64,000 nt of DNA from the NCBI RefSeq assembly GCF_003044305.1, contig NZ_PZOX01000005.1, forward strand, positions 323,493 to 387,492, read 5' to 3'. The DNA is from Vitiosangium sp. GDMCC 1.1324 (GTDB lineage: Bacteria; Myxococcota; Myxococcia; Myxococcales; Myxococcaceae). Numbering within the stretch: the stretch's first letter is position 1; every line of letters begins with the position of its first letter. A model generated the notes under the pieces. The model saw nothing but the letters and a program-made list of their open reading frames with translations, had not been told where the DNA came from and did no database searches. Positions 41,501 to 51,662 of this stretch are shown in pieces. Made by a program: the position numbers and the translations under genes.

Positions 41501-42168
41501 TTGAGCTTCTTGTACTTCTCCGCCTTCTTCGCCTGGCGCGAGAGGCTCTCGAGGCGGCGCTCCAGCTCGCTCGTAATATCCGTGACGCGCAGGAGGTTGG
41601 CCTGGGTGGCCTCCAGCTTGCGCTCGGCGGCCTTGCGGCGGGACTTGTACTTGGTGACGCCCGCGGCCTCTTCAATCAGGTGGCGCCGGTCCTCGGGCTT
41701 GCTGGAGACGATGAGGCCCACGCGGCCCTGCTCGATGATGGAGTAGGCCTTGGTGCCCACGCCGGTGCCGAGGAAGAGCTCGGTGATGTCCAGCAGGCGG
41801 CAGATGGTCTTGTTGATGAGGTACTCGGACTCACCGCTGCGGAAGAGGCGGCGGGTGACGGTCACCTCGGAGAGGCCGGAGAGGTGAACCGGGAGCGTGT
41901 CCGTCTCGTCCACGTGGAAGGTGAGCGACACCTCGGCCATGGACAGGGGCGGCTTGGACTCCGAGCCGTTGAAGATGACGTCCTCCATGCCGCGGCCGCG
42001 CAGGTTCTTGGCGCTCTGCTCGCCCATCACCCAGCGGATGGAGTCCACCACGTTCGACTTGCCGCAACCGTTGGGGCCGACGATGCCCGTCACCCCGTCA
42101 TCGAACGTGAAGACGCTGCGTTCCATGAACGATTTGAAGCCGGTGATGTCCAGGCGCTTGATTCGCAT
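38569..42168 (-). CDS. smc: chromosome segregation protein SMC
   Basis: MRIKRLDITGFKSFMERSVFTFDDGVTGIVGPNGCGKSNVVD (Walker A). Long coiled coils and hinge. C-terminal LSGGEKALTAVALIFAIF...LLDEVDAPLD. 1199 aa. Confidence 0.95.
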   Translation of the reverse strand: MRIKRLDITGFKSFMERSVFTFDDGVTGIVGPNGCGKSNVVDSIRWVMGEQSAKNLRGRGMEDVIFNGSESKPPLSMAEVSLTFHVDETDTLPVHLSGLSEVTVTRRLFRSGESEYLINKTICRLLDITELFLGTGVGTKAYSIIEQGRVGLIVSSKPEDRRHLIEEAAGVTKYKSRRKAAERKLEATQANLLRVTDITSELERRLESLSRQAKKAEKYKKLKTRMREIELHSASHRFLELHAEAKVLQTRLDSVSTEEREGLEKLRELEVVIANRRTELEAEAEALQKLSADVHTLESAVQRADQDLAYWRKDLEETSARVAQSDTELSALLARQSEVADTMASREAELSNIAGSWKEDEVAMKVAQEELRRVSQLQTEISLRLEQERAALVTVASRLANHESNLVNLARQKTDLEARRSRNRTEADALREQEKQLEDVRQEVARRVEESRHLSVELAERKGHEEEALMRTRQAFMENEVQVIGLREELSDKRSRLASLEALQKDYEGFDKGVRAVMVRAGDDARTQGIFGLVADVISTTPRFERAVEAVLGERLQHVVVESRDKGVELVEYLRDAAEGRGSFLPVPPPERVPSAVQPDMARSGVLARALDEVTCEESLQPVVRLLLGDVVIVEDLAAAKSYADAEGNACTLVTLDGEVFRPDGTITGGEREGAAVGALQKKREIAELATEVARVEERYNEILTRHYTLQKQMGDTEDVLKGLAKNQHAEELSLASQEKDLHKASEDLARVRDRLRALDADESHLTQMYDGLAHEEENSRGEVAHGQTDREGREERVKQLVGELESLKQRGETATSNLTSLKVKVAAGGERGESARKELESLLAQKEEMAGRVRKLESTVREGASRVEELQRRISETQEERGKKAEELRGVSEGLDARRMAHGAASAGVREQDNVFRELRTKLEGLTQGLSQITLREREIALELEHLVAGIRERHATELSEEVHRYHMLPSLSAEAEQELKDLRAQVEKMGEINLTAIDEHTDLSKRSEFLLTQKKDLAESVEKLQEAIRRIDATSRERFKQTFEIVNEKFQAIFPRLFGGGRASLVLTNEGQGGEPGVEIVAQPPGKKLQSMNLLSGGEKALTAVALIFAIFLIKPTPFCLLDEVDAPLDEGNVGRYNDMVKEMSKQSQFILITHNKRTMEVADTLYGVTMEEPGISKLVSVKLREAKAANDNVTAA

Positions 42169-42603
42169 GTGAAACGGGCTCCCGAAAGGTGTGCAGGCGA
42201 GGGAGAAAGCGCGCCGGAGGCCGAAAAATCGGCCTCGGAGCGTTCAGACGAGTAGCACGCTGGATCTCAGCCGATCAAGCATGACCCTGCCATGCGTGAC
42301 GATATGCGAGCAGGCAAGCATGGCGCCCAACGGCCTGGCGACCGGGGGGTTGTCCGGGCGGGAACAGACCTTATCTGCACTCAATCGTTTCTGGAGGCGA
42401 CCTGGGTTCAGGCCCCTGCCTGCTCTCTCCCTCCTCGTAGGAGCGTCCGGGGCGGGCATACCAGATGGGTCTGACACGCCTGCTCCCCAGGCGGGCAGCC
42501 CACCCCTCGCCCTGTCACTCCTGCTGACGCACACCCCGTCCACCGGCTCGGCTTCACCTACGACTCCGGCCGACACCGGGCGGCTGACGTAGGCTGGAGC
42601 GTC

Positions 42604-43875
42604 ATGGCCCTCGTCATCCGCTACCGCTGCCATGCCTGTGGAGCCCATGTGGACTCCACGGGCCACGCCGCCTGGGTGCGCTGCGGCTACTGCCGTGCGC
42701 TGGTGGGAATCGACTGGCAGGCGTGGTTCGAGTCCCCCGCATACGCGGAGTGGCTCCGGAGCTACACGGCGCTACAGCCGAAGTTCACCGCCCTGCAGCA
42801 GCATCGGACCCAGGCCGAGGCGGCCGTCCGAGCGGGCCGGCTGGACGAAGCGGAGCGGCACCTGCGAGAGGTGGTGACACTCCAGATGGAGGTGACGCCA
42901 CAGCTCTTCCCGCCGGAGGTCCGCACCGATGCGGCCTACCGCGAGCGCTACATCCGCTACGAAGCCTGGTCCCGTCTCCAGACGCTCGAGGACCCCACCC
43001 TCGCGGCGCTCGACGCACAGATGCAGGCGGTCAGCGTCTCGATGGATCTCAAGGATCCCATTCCCACGGCGGAGAAGGTGCTGGACATCGTGCGCCAGCA
43101 CTACGACCGCCTCTTCACCCTGCCCGGCTTCGAGGATCCCGACGGCATGCCTCCCGCCTCGCGCTGCCGGCTCTCCCTCACGCTGATCGCCAATGCGTAC
43201 CTGCCGCTGCTCTCCCCCGAGCAGCGGCTCACCCTGCTGCGGAGCGTGCACGGTGCGAACAACGTCCTGGAGACGGGGAAAACAGCCTCGGACGAGGTGG
43301 GCGTGTACCTCGAATGGACGTGCCCCACCTGCGGACTGGTGTCGTTCCAGGGGCGCACCGCGACGGAGCTCACATGTGTCGGGTGCTTCTACAAGCGCCC
43401 CTTCTCCGCCGACGTGCTGGGGCTCGACGAGGTCTCCACCCGCTGCGGAAGCTGCGGTCACCCGGTGACGCTCCCCGAGGGGACATTGGAGCTGCCCTGT
43501 GACGTGTGCGGTGCGCAGGTGCGGCGGATCGCCCGGACCGGCGCGGTGGAGCAGACGTTCTCGCGAGACATGGCGGCGCGTTACGGCACGGGGCTTCCGG
43601 TGCTCCCGGACGAGGGGGCGCCCGGGCTTCCGGTCACGGAGAGCAACCGGTGGGAGCTGCGCCTCGCCGGGCTGGCGCGCCAGGCGAGCTGGTACGCGAA
43701 GATCGTCCCGCTGTCCCGCTACGTGAGGCTCGTCCGCCAGAGCTTCCCGGAGCTGACGGACGCCGAGCGCGCAGCGATGCTGGAGCGCGTGGGAGAGCTG
43801 AAGACCTTCGAGGGGCTATCGGAAGATGGCCGGGTCCGGCTCGCCGAGGCCCGGGCGAAGCTGTTGGGCGCGTGA
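42604..43875 (+). CDS. hypothetical protein with three CxxC...CxxC zinc-ribbon modules
   Basis: CHACG...CGYC, then CPTCG...CVGC, then CGSCG...CDVCG. Normal composition. 423 aa. Confidence 0.6.
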   Translation: MALVIRYRCHACGAHVDSTGHAAWVRCGYCRALVGIDWQAWFESPAYAEWLRSYTALQPKFTALQQHRTQAEAAVRAGRLDEAERHLREVVTLQMEVTPQLFPPEVRTDAAYRERYIRYEAWSRLQTLEDPTLAALDAQMQAVSVSMDLKDPIPTAEKVLDIVRQHYDRLFTLPGFEDPDGMPPASRCRLSLTLIANAYLPLLSPEQRLTLLRSVHGANNVLETGKTASDEVGVYLEWTCPTCGLVSFQGRTATELTCVGCFYKRPFSADVLGLDEVSTRCGSCGHPVTLPEGTLELPCDVCGAQVRRIARTGAVEQTFSRDMAARYGTGLPVLPDEGAPGLPVTESNRWELRLAGLARQASWYAKIVPLSRYVRLVRQSFPELTDAERAAMLERVGELKTFEGLSEDGRVRLAEARAKLLGA

Positions 43876-43878
43876 CGG

Positions 43879-45033
43879 TCAGCGCTTGAGACGCCGGGTC
43901 CACTCGAGGCAGGGAGCCTCCACCCAGGTGTGCAGCAGGTGGGCGACGGAGATGCTCACCGCGAAGATGACTCCGAGGAACGCGAGGGCGACCGCGTCCG
44001 AGGGCGGAGCGACGCGCGACTTCACGGACATCAGGAGCATGCACAGGGGCACGTGAACGAGGTAGAGGCTGTAGGAGATGCGACCCAGGTACTGGAAGGG
44101 CCGGGCGGCGAGCCAGGAGTAGAGGCGCTGGCGGCGTCCGGCCACGTAGAGGATCGACGTGGTGGCGGCCGTCACGAACACGCGGTCGTCGAGCTTCCAC
44201 AGGAAGAGGCCCCACAGCCCGAGCGTGAAGACGTACCAGACCGCGCGAGGCAGGCGGCCCTCGAGCGTCCACCACGTCAGGGCGCCGGCCAGGAAGACGA
44301 ACACATGGGGAGGCAGGTACCGCACGTGAATCCGGGGGGACACCGTCTCCACCAGCCCCGTGGGCCAGGCGAGCGACAGCACGAAGAGGACCGCGAAGAA
44401 CAGCGGCAGCACGCCCTCGCGGCCCGTCCGGCGGGAGAGCGCCTGGGCGAGTCCCAGGAGCACGGCGAACGCCAGGTAGAACTGGAACTCGATGCAGAGG
44501 GTCCAGAAGGCGACGTTGAGCTGCCCGTAGCCGAGGATGTCCTGCAGGTAGAGCAGGTGCGAGAGCAGATGCGGCCCCGAGGGCAGTCCCGCGGGAGTCC
44601 GGGTCACCCACGCGCGCAGGAACTCGTAGCCGCAGAACAGACCGATGGCCACCCAGTAGGGGGGATCCAGACGCAGCGAGCGGCGGAGGATGAAGTTGCC
44701 GATGGCCCCCGGGGACAGGTGCGTGCGGCGCAGCGAGAAGGCGATGACGAAGCCACTCAGCGCGAAGAACACCTCGACGCCACGGTTTCCGAAGACAGCC
44801 AGGCGCCCCATCAGCTCGGACAGGGCCCCCGCACCGGCGAACCGGAAGAGGCCCACGGAGTGCGGCACCACCACGGCAAGCGCGGCGAACCCGCGCAACC
44901 CATCCACCAGGGCCATCCGGCGAGCGGAGCCCCCTGCCTCGGGAGAGGGCCCGGCCTGCCCGGCGACGGACGGGGGCCCGGGCTCAACGGAGCGAGGCGC
45001 GTCGGAGGCGGGAGTCGAGGACGGGGACGACAT
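43879..45033 (-). CDS. acyltransferase family 3 (OafA-like) integral membrane protein
   Basis: LVDGLRGFAALAVVVPHS motif and about 10 TM helices. The start is uncertain (Met45 at 45033 or Met84 at 44916); a Ser/Pro-rich N-terminal extension is present if the longer start is used. Confidence 0.7.
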   Translation of the reverse strand: MSSPSSTPASDAPRSVEPGPPSVAGQAGPSPEAGGSARRMALVDGLRGFAALAVVVPHSVGLFRFAGAGALSELMGRLAVFGNRGVEVFFALSGFVIAFSLRRTHLSPGAIGNFILRRSLRLDPPYWVAIGLFCGYEFLRAWVTRTPAGLPSGPHLLSHLLYLQDILGYGQLNVAFWTLCIEFQFYLAFAVLLGLAQALSRRTGREGVLPLFFAVLFVLSLAWPTGLVETVSPRIHVRYLPPHVFVFLAGALTWWTLEGRLPRAVWYVFTLGLWGLFLWKLDDRVFVTAATTSILYVAGRRQRLYSWLAARPFQYLGRISYSLYLVHVPLCMLLMSVKSRVAPPSDAVALAFLGVIFAVSISVAHLLHTWVEAPCLEWTRRLKR

Positions 45034-45059
45034 GCAGACCGGGAACAAACGAGCGCGGC

Positions 45060-46400
45060 TCAGGCATCCGCTGGCGCCGCCACCGGGGGCTTCGGGCTCG
45101 ACTGGGGTTCGACCGTCACCCGCACCACACGAGGCCCATCCACCTCCTCCACCTGGATGCGCCACATGTCCAGCTTGAGCGAGTCCCCCTTCTCCGGAAT
45201 GCGGCCCAACTTCGCCATGATGTAGCCGGCGATCGTCGTCACCTCGACCTCCTCGTCCTCGATCTCGAACGAGACGTCCAGGCGATCCTCCAGGTCATCC
45301 AGCTGGGCCGTGCCCGGCAGCTCGAAGCGGCCGCCCGGCAGCGAGCGCACCTCGTCCACCCGGCGGCCCAGCTCGGCGACGTCGCCAACCACCTCGGCCA
45401 CCACGTCCGCGATGGTGACCAGCCCCGACGTACCGCCGTGCTCGTCCACCACCAGTGCTGTCTGCCGGCGCCGTCGGCGGAACTCGTTGAGCAGCTGCTC
45501 CAGCGTCACGTGCTCCGGCACGTACAGCACCGGCCGCTGCACCTGGGACAGGCTGCGCAGCTCGCCTCGGGACAGGAGGAAGAAGAGGTCCTTCACGTTG
45601 ACCAGCCCCTCGACCTCGTCCAGGTTGCCCCGGCACACCGGCAGCCATGTGTGGCCCGCGGCCCGCGCGTCCGCGATGCACTTCTCCAGGGGCTCCTCCA
45701 TGTCCAGGAACTTCACCTGGTTGCGCGGCACCATCACCTGGCGAGCCGTCTTCTGGGCCATCTCCAGCGAGCGCTCCAGCAGCTCCGCGCGGGCCGTGGT
45801 GATGGCCCCCGCCTGCGCCGAGCTGTGGAGGATGACGCGCAGCTCCTCCTCGCTGTGGGCCTCCTGCGCCTCGTGCGCGGTGTCCAACCCGAAGGCCTTC
45901 AACACCCAGCCCGCCACGCCGTTGAGCAGCCAGATGGCGGGGTAGAAGAGGAAATAGAAGAGCCGCATGGGCAGCGCGACGGCGATCGTCGTCTGCTCGG
46001 CGCGCTGGATGGCGAAGCTCTTGGGTGCCAGCTCTCCCACCACGATGTGGAGGAAGGTGATGATGGCGAAGGCGATGGCCACCGCCAGCGAGTGCGCCAG
46101 CGCCACGCCCGCTGCCTCCGGCACCACCCGCGTCAGCACTGGCTCCAGCAGGTGGGCGAACGCCGGCTCACCCAGCCAGCCGAGTCCCAGCGACGCGAGG
46201 GTGATGCCGAACTGCGTGGCGGAGAGGTAGGCATCCAACTTCTCCACCATCTTCAGGGCGGAGCCGGCACCCGGCCTCCCCTCATCCGCCAGTGCCTGCA
46301 GGCGGGTGTGGCGGATCTTCACGATGGCGAACTCGGTCGCCACGAAGAACCCGTTCGCGAAGACCAGCAGCAGCGCCAGTCCGAGGAAGACCCATTCCAT
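45060..46400 (-). CDS. CNNM/HlyC-CorC family transporter (DUF21 + CBS pair + CorC_HlyC)
   Basis: N-terminal DUF21 TM domain (MEWVFLGLALLLVFANGFFVATEFAIVKIR). CBS region. C-terminal transporter-associated domain. Confidence 0.85.
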   Translation of the reverse strand: MEWVFLGLALLLVFANGFFVATEFAIVKIRHTRLQALADEGRPGAGSALKMVEKLDAYLSATQFGITLASLGLGWLGEPAFAHLLEPVLTRVVPEAAGVALAHSLAVAIAFAIITFLHIVVGELAPKSFAIQRAEQTTIAVALPMRLFYFLFYPAIWLLNGVAGWVLKAFGLDTAHEAQEAHSEEELRVILHSSAQAGAITTARAELLERSLEMAQKTARQVMVPRNQVKFLDMEEPLEKCIADARAAGHTWLPVCRGNLDEVEGLVNVKDLFFLLSRGELRSLSQVQRPVLYVPEHVTLEQLLNEFRRRRRQTALVVDEHGGTSGLVTIADVVAEVVGDVAELGRRVDEVRSLPGGRFELPGTAQLDDLEDRLDVSFEIEDEEVEVTTIAGYIMAKLGRIPEKGDSLKLDMWRIQVEEVDGPRVVRVTVEPQSSPKPPVAAPADA

Positions 46401-46416
46401 AGAAGAGCTCAGACGC

Positions 46417-47232
46417 TCAGAAGAGCGCCTCGAACTCGGGGTCGCCCTTCAGCGAGTCGAACATCGTATCCGTGGCCAGCCAGCCCTGCACCTTTTGGCG
46501 ATCCGCCGTCACGGCCTTCTGCAGATAGGTCAACGCATCCGGCCGGCGGCCCCACAGCGCATAGAGCGCAGCCAGGTTGTAGTTGAGCAGCAGATCCTCG
46601 GCGTTGAGGGCGCGCGCCTTCTCGTAGGAGCGCTCGGCCTCGGCGTAGAAGCCCTTCTGGGCGTAGCAGATGCCCAGGTCCAGGTGCGCCTCGAAGTTCT
46701 CCGCCTCCAGGCGGACCACTTCCTTCAGCTGGGTGATGGCCGAGCGGTAGTCCCCCTCGTCCATCAGCAGCGCGGCAAGCTCGTGCCGGGGGAAGGCGTC
46801 CTGCGGATCCAACTCGATGGCCGTCTGCAGCTCGCGCATGGCGTCCTCGATACGCCCCTGGTCCGCGTAGGTGAGACCCAGGTTGAGGTGCGCGTCCGGA
46901 TACTCGGGGTCCAGCTCGATGGCCTCGCGGTACTCGGTCACCGCCATCTCGGCCGCATGCGTGGAGAGGAAGCAGGCGAGGTTGTAATGGGCAGTGGGGC
47001 TCTCCGGCTCCAGTTTGAGCGCGGTGAGGTACTCGCCCAGGGCCTCGCGGAAGAGCTTCTTCTCGGCGTAGACGGTGGCGAGGTTGTCGTGCGCGTGGGC
47101 GGAGTCCGGATCGAGGTCGATCGCCTTCTTGAACTCCTTGATCGCCTCGTCGAGCCACCCGCGATCGGCCAGTTCGATGCCGCGCGAGTTGTGCTCGTCG
47201 GAGAGTACGATGTTGTCCTTTTCCCGGGCCAT
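46417..47232 (-). CDS. tetratricopeptide-repeat (TPR) protein
   Basis: Start MAREKDNIVL. Repeated AxxYxNLAxxY-type TPR units across the protein. Confidence 0.7.
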   Translation of the reverse strand: MAREKDNIVLSDEHNSRGIELADRGWLDEAIKEFKKAIDLDPDSAHAHDNLATVYAEKKLFREALGEYLTALKLEPESPTAHYNLACFLSTHAAEMAVTEYREAIELDPEYPDAHLNLGLTYADQGRIEDAMRELQTAIELDPQDAFPRHELAALLMDEGDYRSAITQLKEVVRLEAENFEAHLDLGICYAQKGFYAEAERSYEKARALNAEDLLLNYNLAALYALWGRRPDALTYLQKAVTADRQKVQGWLATDTMFDSLKGDPEFEALF

Positions 47233-47414
47233 GAATTCGCGGGGCAATCTACGCGCCGCCACTTTCGCGGCGCAAGGAAGAGTCATGCCTCCCGCCGAGG
47301 GCTCGGCGGGTAAACCCTCAGGCTGCCCCGACGGGCCCGCCCCAAGGGAGTCCGGCGCAGGAAAGGGGTGCTCACCCCCTCCCCCAGGACTCGGGGGAGG
47401 AGGCAGGCAGAGGA

Positions 47415-47519
47415 CTACTTGCGGCGCGCGCGATCGCGGCGGCGCTTGAGAGCCGACTTCTTCGAGGAAGCACGGTTGGACAGCTTCTTCTTGCTGCGAT
47501 TTCCCTTCTGGGCAGGCAT
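47415..47519 (-). CDS. candidate small highly basic protein (34 aa: MPAQKGNRSKKKLSNRASSKKSALKRRRDRARRK)
   Basis: ATG with a weak GGAG about 11 nt upstream. K/R-rich with GC-biased codons. Lies 190 nt upstream of the TPR gene on the same strand. Not a recognised ribosomal protein. Confidence 0.35.
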   Translation of the reverse strand: MPAQKGNRSKKKLSNRASSKKSALKRRRDRARRK

Positions 47520-47673
47520 CTTCTGGTACTCCGTGATAGGCGGAAGTGGGCCGCACTGGCGGCAGCGAACCGCCCTTTTTTCACGCCCTCGGGCCCGAAG
47601 TCCACGGAATTTCTTGACCCCGTCCGGCCTTGCCTGTGGCCTGACAACGGGGCACAACCCCGACCCCTGACCG

Positions 47674-48758
<1,085 letters not shown>

Positions 48759-48762
<4 letters not shown>

Positions 48763-49640
48763 GCGGAGACACCTGGACCCTCCGGAAGCTCCTCACCTGG
48801 ACGACGCAGCACTTCGAGAAGAAGGGCATCGACGCGCCCCGGCTCACCACCGAGGTGCTGCTCGCCCACGTGCTGAAGACGACCCGGGTGCGTCTGTACG
48901 TGGACCTGGACCGGCCCATGGAGAAGGCGGAGCTCGCCGCCTTCCGCGCCCTCATCGAGCGGCGCGTGGCCGGCGAGCCCACCCAGTACCTCACCGGTGT
49001 GCGGGAGTTCTACAACCGCCCCTTCAAGGTGGACCCACGGGTGCTCATCCCCCGGCCGGAGACGGAGCTGCTGGTGGAGGCCGCCCTGCACAAGCTGCCC
49101 AAGGACGGGCCCGGTACGGCGCTGGATGTGTGCACGGGCTCGGGCTGCATCGCCATCAGCCTCGCGGCCGAGCGGCCCCAGGCCACGGTGCTCGCCACGG
49201 ACCTCTCCCCGGATGCCTGCTCGCTGGCCAAGGAGAACGCCCAGGCGCTGGGCGTGGCGGACCGGGTGACGGTGCTCCAGGGCAGCCTCTTCACTCCCCT
49301 TCCCCCGGACGCCCGCTTCGACGTGGTGGTGTCCAATCCCCCCTACATCGCCTCGGGGGAGATTCCGGGCCTGTCCGCCGAGGTGCGCCGCGAGCCCCAC
49401 ATGGCGCTGGACGGCGGACCGGACGGGCTGGTGCTCATCCGCAAGGTCATCGAGGGAGCCCGCCGCTTCCTCAAACCTGGCGGGCTGCTTGCAATGGAGA
49501 TTGGCGAGACGCAGGGCGCCGCCGTCCAGGGGCTCCTCCAGGCCGCGGGTTACGAGGACGCGCGGGTGGAGAAGGACCTGGAGCGGCGGGATCGCCTCGC
49601 TTTTGGGACACAGCCCGTGGCCGCAGGGCCACAGGGGTGA
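48759..49640 (+). CDS. prmC: release-factor glutamine N5-methyltransferase PrmC/HemK
   Basis: VVSNPPYI (NPPY) and a SAM-binding motif ([12 protein letters not shown]). Overlaps the prfA stop. Confidence 0.9.
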
Positions 49641-49650
49641 GACGGAACTG

Positions 49651-50916
49651 ATGGACAAGATCATCGTGAAGGGTGGCCGCCCGCTGCAGGGCGAAGTGAA
49701 CGTGTCGGGCGCGAAGAACGCGGCGCTCCCCATCCTCGCCTCGGCGCTGCTGGCGGACGGCAAGAGCGTGTACCGCAACGTGCCGGACCTGGCGGACGTG
49801 AAGACCATGCTCAAGGTGCTGGAAACCATGGGCTGTGGCACCGCGCGGCTCACCGGCCGCAAGAAGGACGTGTGCGAGGTGGCCGTCGAGGGCCCCATCA
49901 CCCCCGAGGCCCCGTACGATCTCGTGAAGACGATGCGCGCCTCGGTGCTGGTGCTCGGCCCGCTAGTGGCCCGCTACGGCCGCGCCCGCGTGTCCATGCC
50001 GGGAGGGTGCGCCATCGGGGCCCGGCCCATCGACCAGCACCTCAAGGGCCTCAAGGCCCTGGGCGCCGACATCACCCTCACCGAGGGCTACGTCGAGGCC
50101 CGGGCGAAGCAGCTCAAGGGCGGCACCGTCAACTTCGACGTCATCACCGTGACGGGCACGGAGAACGTGATGATGGCGGCCGTGCTGGCCAAGGGCCGCA
50201 GCGTGCTGGAGAACTGCGCGCGCGAGCCCGAGGTGGAGGAGCTCGCCCGGGTGCTCAACAAGATGGGCGCCCGCATCGAGGGCGCGGGCACCTCCGTCAT
50301 CACCATCGACGGCGTGGAGGCCCTCAACCCGGTGGAGCACGCCATCCTCCCGGACCGGATTGAGGCGGGAACACTCATGGTGGCCGCCGCCATCACCGGC
50401 GGTAACGTGCTGGTGAAGCACGCCGTCCCCGAACACCTGGAGGCCGTCATCCTCAAGCTGCGCGAGACGGGCTGCACCGTCACCGCCGAGCAGGGGGGGC
50501 TGCGGGTGAAGGCCCCCAAGGTCGTCGGCTCGGTGGACGTGAAGACGACCGAGCACCCCGGCTTCCCCACGGACATGCAGGCCCAGCTCATGGGGCTGAT
50601 GACGGTGGCCAGCGGTACCTCGGTCATCTCGGAGAGCATCTTCGAGAACCGGTTCATGCACGTGCCGGAGCTGCACCGCATGGGGGCGGACATCACCATC
50701 CAGGGCCATACGGCGGTGGTGAAGGGGGTCAAGAAGCTGTCCGGGGCGCCCGTGATGGCCACGGACCTGCGCGCCAGCGCCTCCCTCGTGCTGGCGGGCC
50801 TGCGCGCCGAGGGCAAGACCGAGGTCCAGCGCATCTACCACCTGGACCGCGGCTACGAGCGCCTGGAGCGCAAGCTTCGCAACCTGGGGGCTGACATCCG
50901 CCGGGTGAAGGCCTGA
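49651..50916 (+). CDS. murA: UDP-N-acetylglucosamine 1-carboxyvinyltransferase
   Basis: [31 protein letters not shown]... Active-site Cys in [14 protein letters not shown]. Confidence 0.95.
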   Translation: MDKIIVKGGRPLQGEVNVSGAKNAALPILASALLADGKSVYRNVPDLADVKTMLKVLETMGCGTARLTGRKKDVCEVAVEGPITPEAPYDLVKTMRASVLVLGPLVARYGRARVSMPGGCAIGARPIDQHLKGLKALGADITLTEGYVEARAKQLKGGTVNFDVITVTGTENVMMAAVLAKGRSVLENCAREPEVEELARVLNKMGARIEGAGTSVITIDGVEALNPVEHAILPDRIEAGTLMVAAAITGGNVLVKHAVPEHLEAVILKLRETGCTVTAEQGGLRVKAPKVVGSVDVKTTEHPGFPTDMQAQLMGLMTVASGTSVISESIFENRFMHVPELHRMGADITIQGHTAVVKGVKKLSGAPVMATDLRASASLVLAGLRAEGKTEVQRIYHLDRGYERLERKLRNLGADIRRVKA

Positions 50917-51080
50917 GCCTGGGGGGCCCCCGGGTTTGCGCACGTGAACACATTGTGGCGGTCGGGTTGCATCTCAAAATTCATGCGACCTATCATTCTC
51001 TGAACGTCCGGGGGTGCACAGCTCCCCTGGACGCTCACCACGGGAGCGTTGCTCCCCCCTACAGGAGAATGAGCCACCCC

Positions 51081-51470
51081 ATGAATTGCCCCGGTTGCAG
51101 CGTCGAGATGGCCGATCTCGAAGGCGACCACGAGACGTTGCGTAAGTGTGGAGAGTGCGGCGGGCTGTGGATAGACGTCGCGGATCTCAACCGGATCCTC
51201 CTTCACAACAACCTTCCCGGGCTCGAGAGCCAGGGCGGCAAGGTGGACGCGGAAGCGCTCACCGGCCAGTGTCCCGAGTGCCAGGTGGACCTCATTCGGG
51301 TGGACGGGGGTGATCGTCAGCACCCGTTGCACTACGACACCTGCGAGTCCTGCGGCGGCATCTTCCTCGAGTCGGAGTTCGCCGACGCCACCGACGCCAA
51401 GATCGCCGAGCAGGAGATCATCGACTTCTTCCGGCACTTCGGAGCCAAGAAGAAGACGGCCGCCGGCTGA
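51081..51470 (+). CDS. TFIIB-type zinc-ribbon domain protein (zf-TFIIB/DUF-like, two ribbons)
   Basis: MNCPGCSVEM...CGECGGLW...LNRIL then CPECQV...CESCGGIFLE. AGGAGA ribosome-binding site 12 nt upstream. Confidence 0.65.
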   Translation: MNCPGCSVEMADLEGDHETLRKCGECGGLWIDVADLNRILLHNNLPGLESQGGKVDAEALTGQCPECQVDLIRVDGGDRQHPLHYDTCESCGGIFLESEFADATDAKIAEQEIIDFFRHFGAKKKTAAG

Positions 51471-51662
51471 CGCCCCCACCGCGGGCGTCCCCTTGCGCAC
51501 CACCCCTCCGGGCCCGTCGTCGTCGCGCGGGCCGGGAATACCCCCGCTCCGTCCTCCCTCCTTTCCCCCCTCGGGATGAAAGCGTCGCGCTGTCTGTTGG
51601 CGAACCTTGACACCCGGGCGCCAGGGGATTGAGTAGGCGCCCGAATGCCAAGAGGGAACGGA

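Noticed and set aside
38698-42255. 1185-aa plus-strand ORF antisense to smc
   Set aside because: R/A/L/G/H-rich composition with no motifs. The minus-strand SMC has Walker A, hinge and signature motifs. This is a classic high-GC antisense shadow ORF.
50917-51080. Small hairpin GGGAGCGTTGCTCCC after murA as a terminator or regulatory element
   Set aside because: The stem is only 6 bp and there is no U-tract. It is plausible but not supportable from sequence alone.
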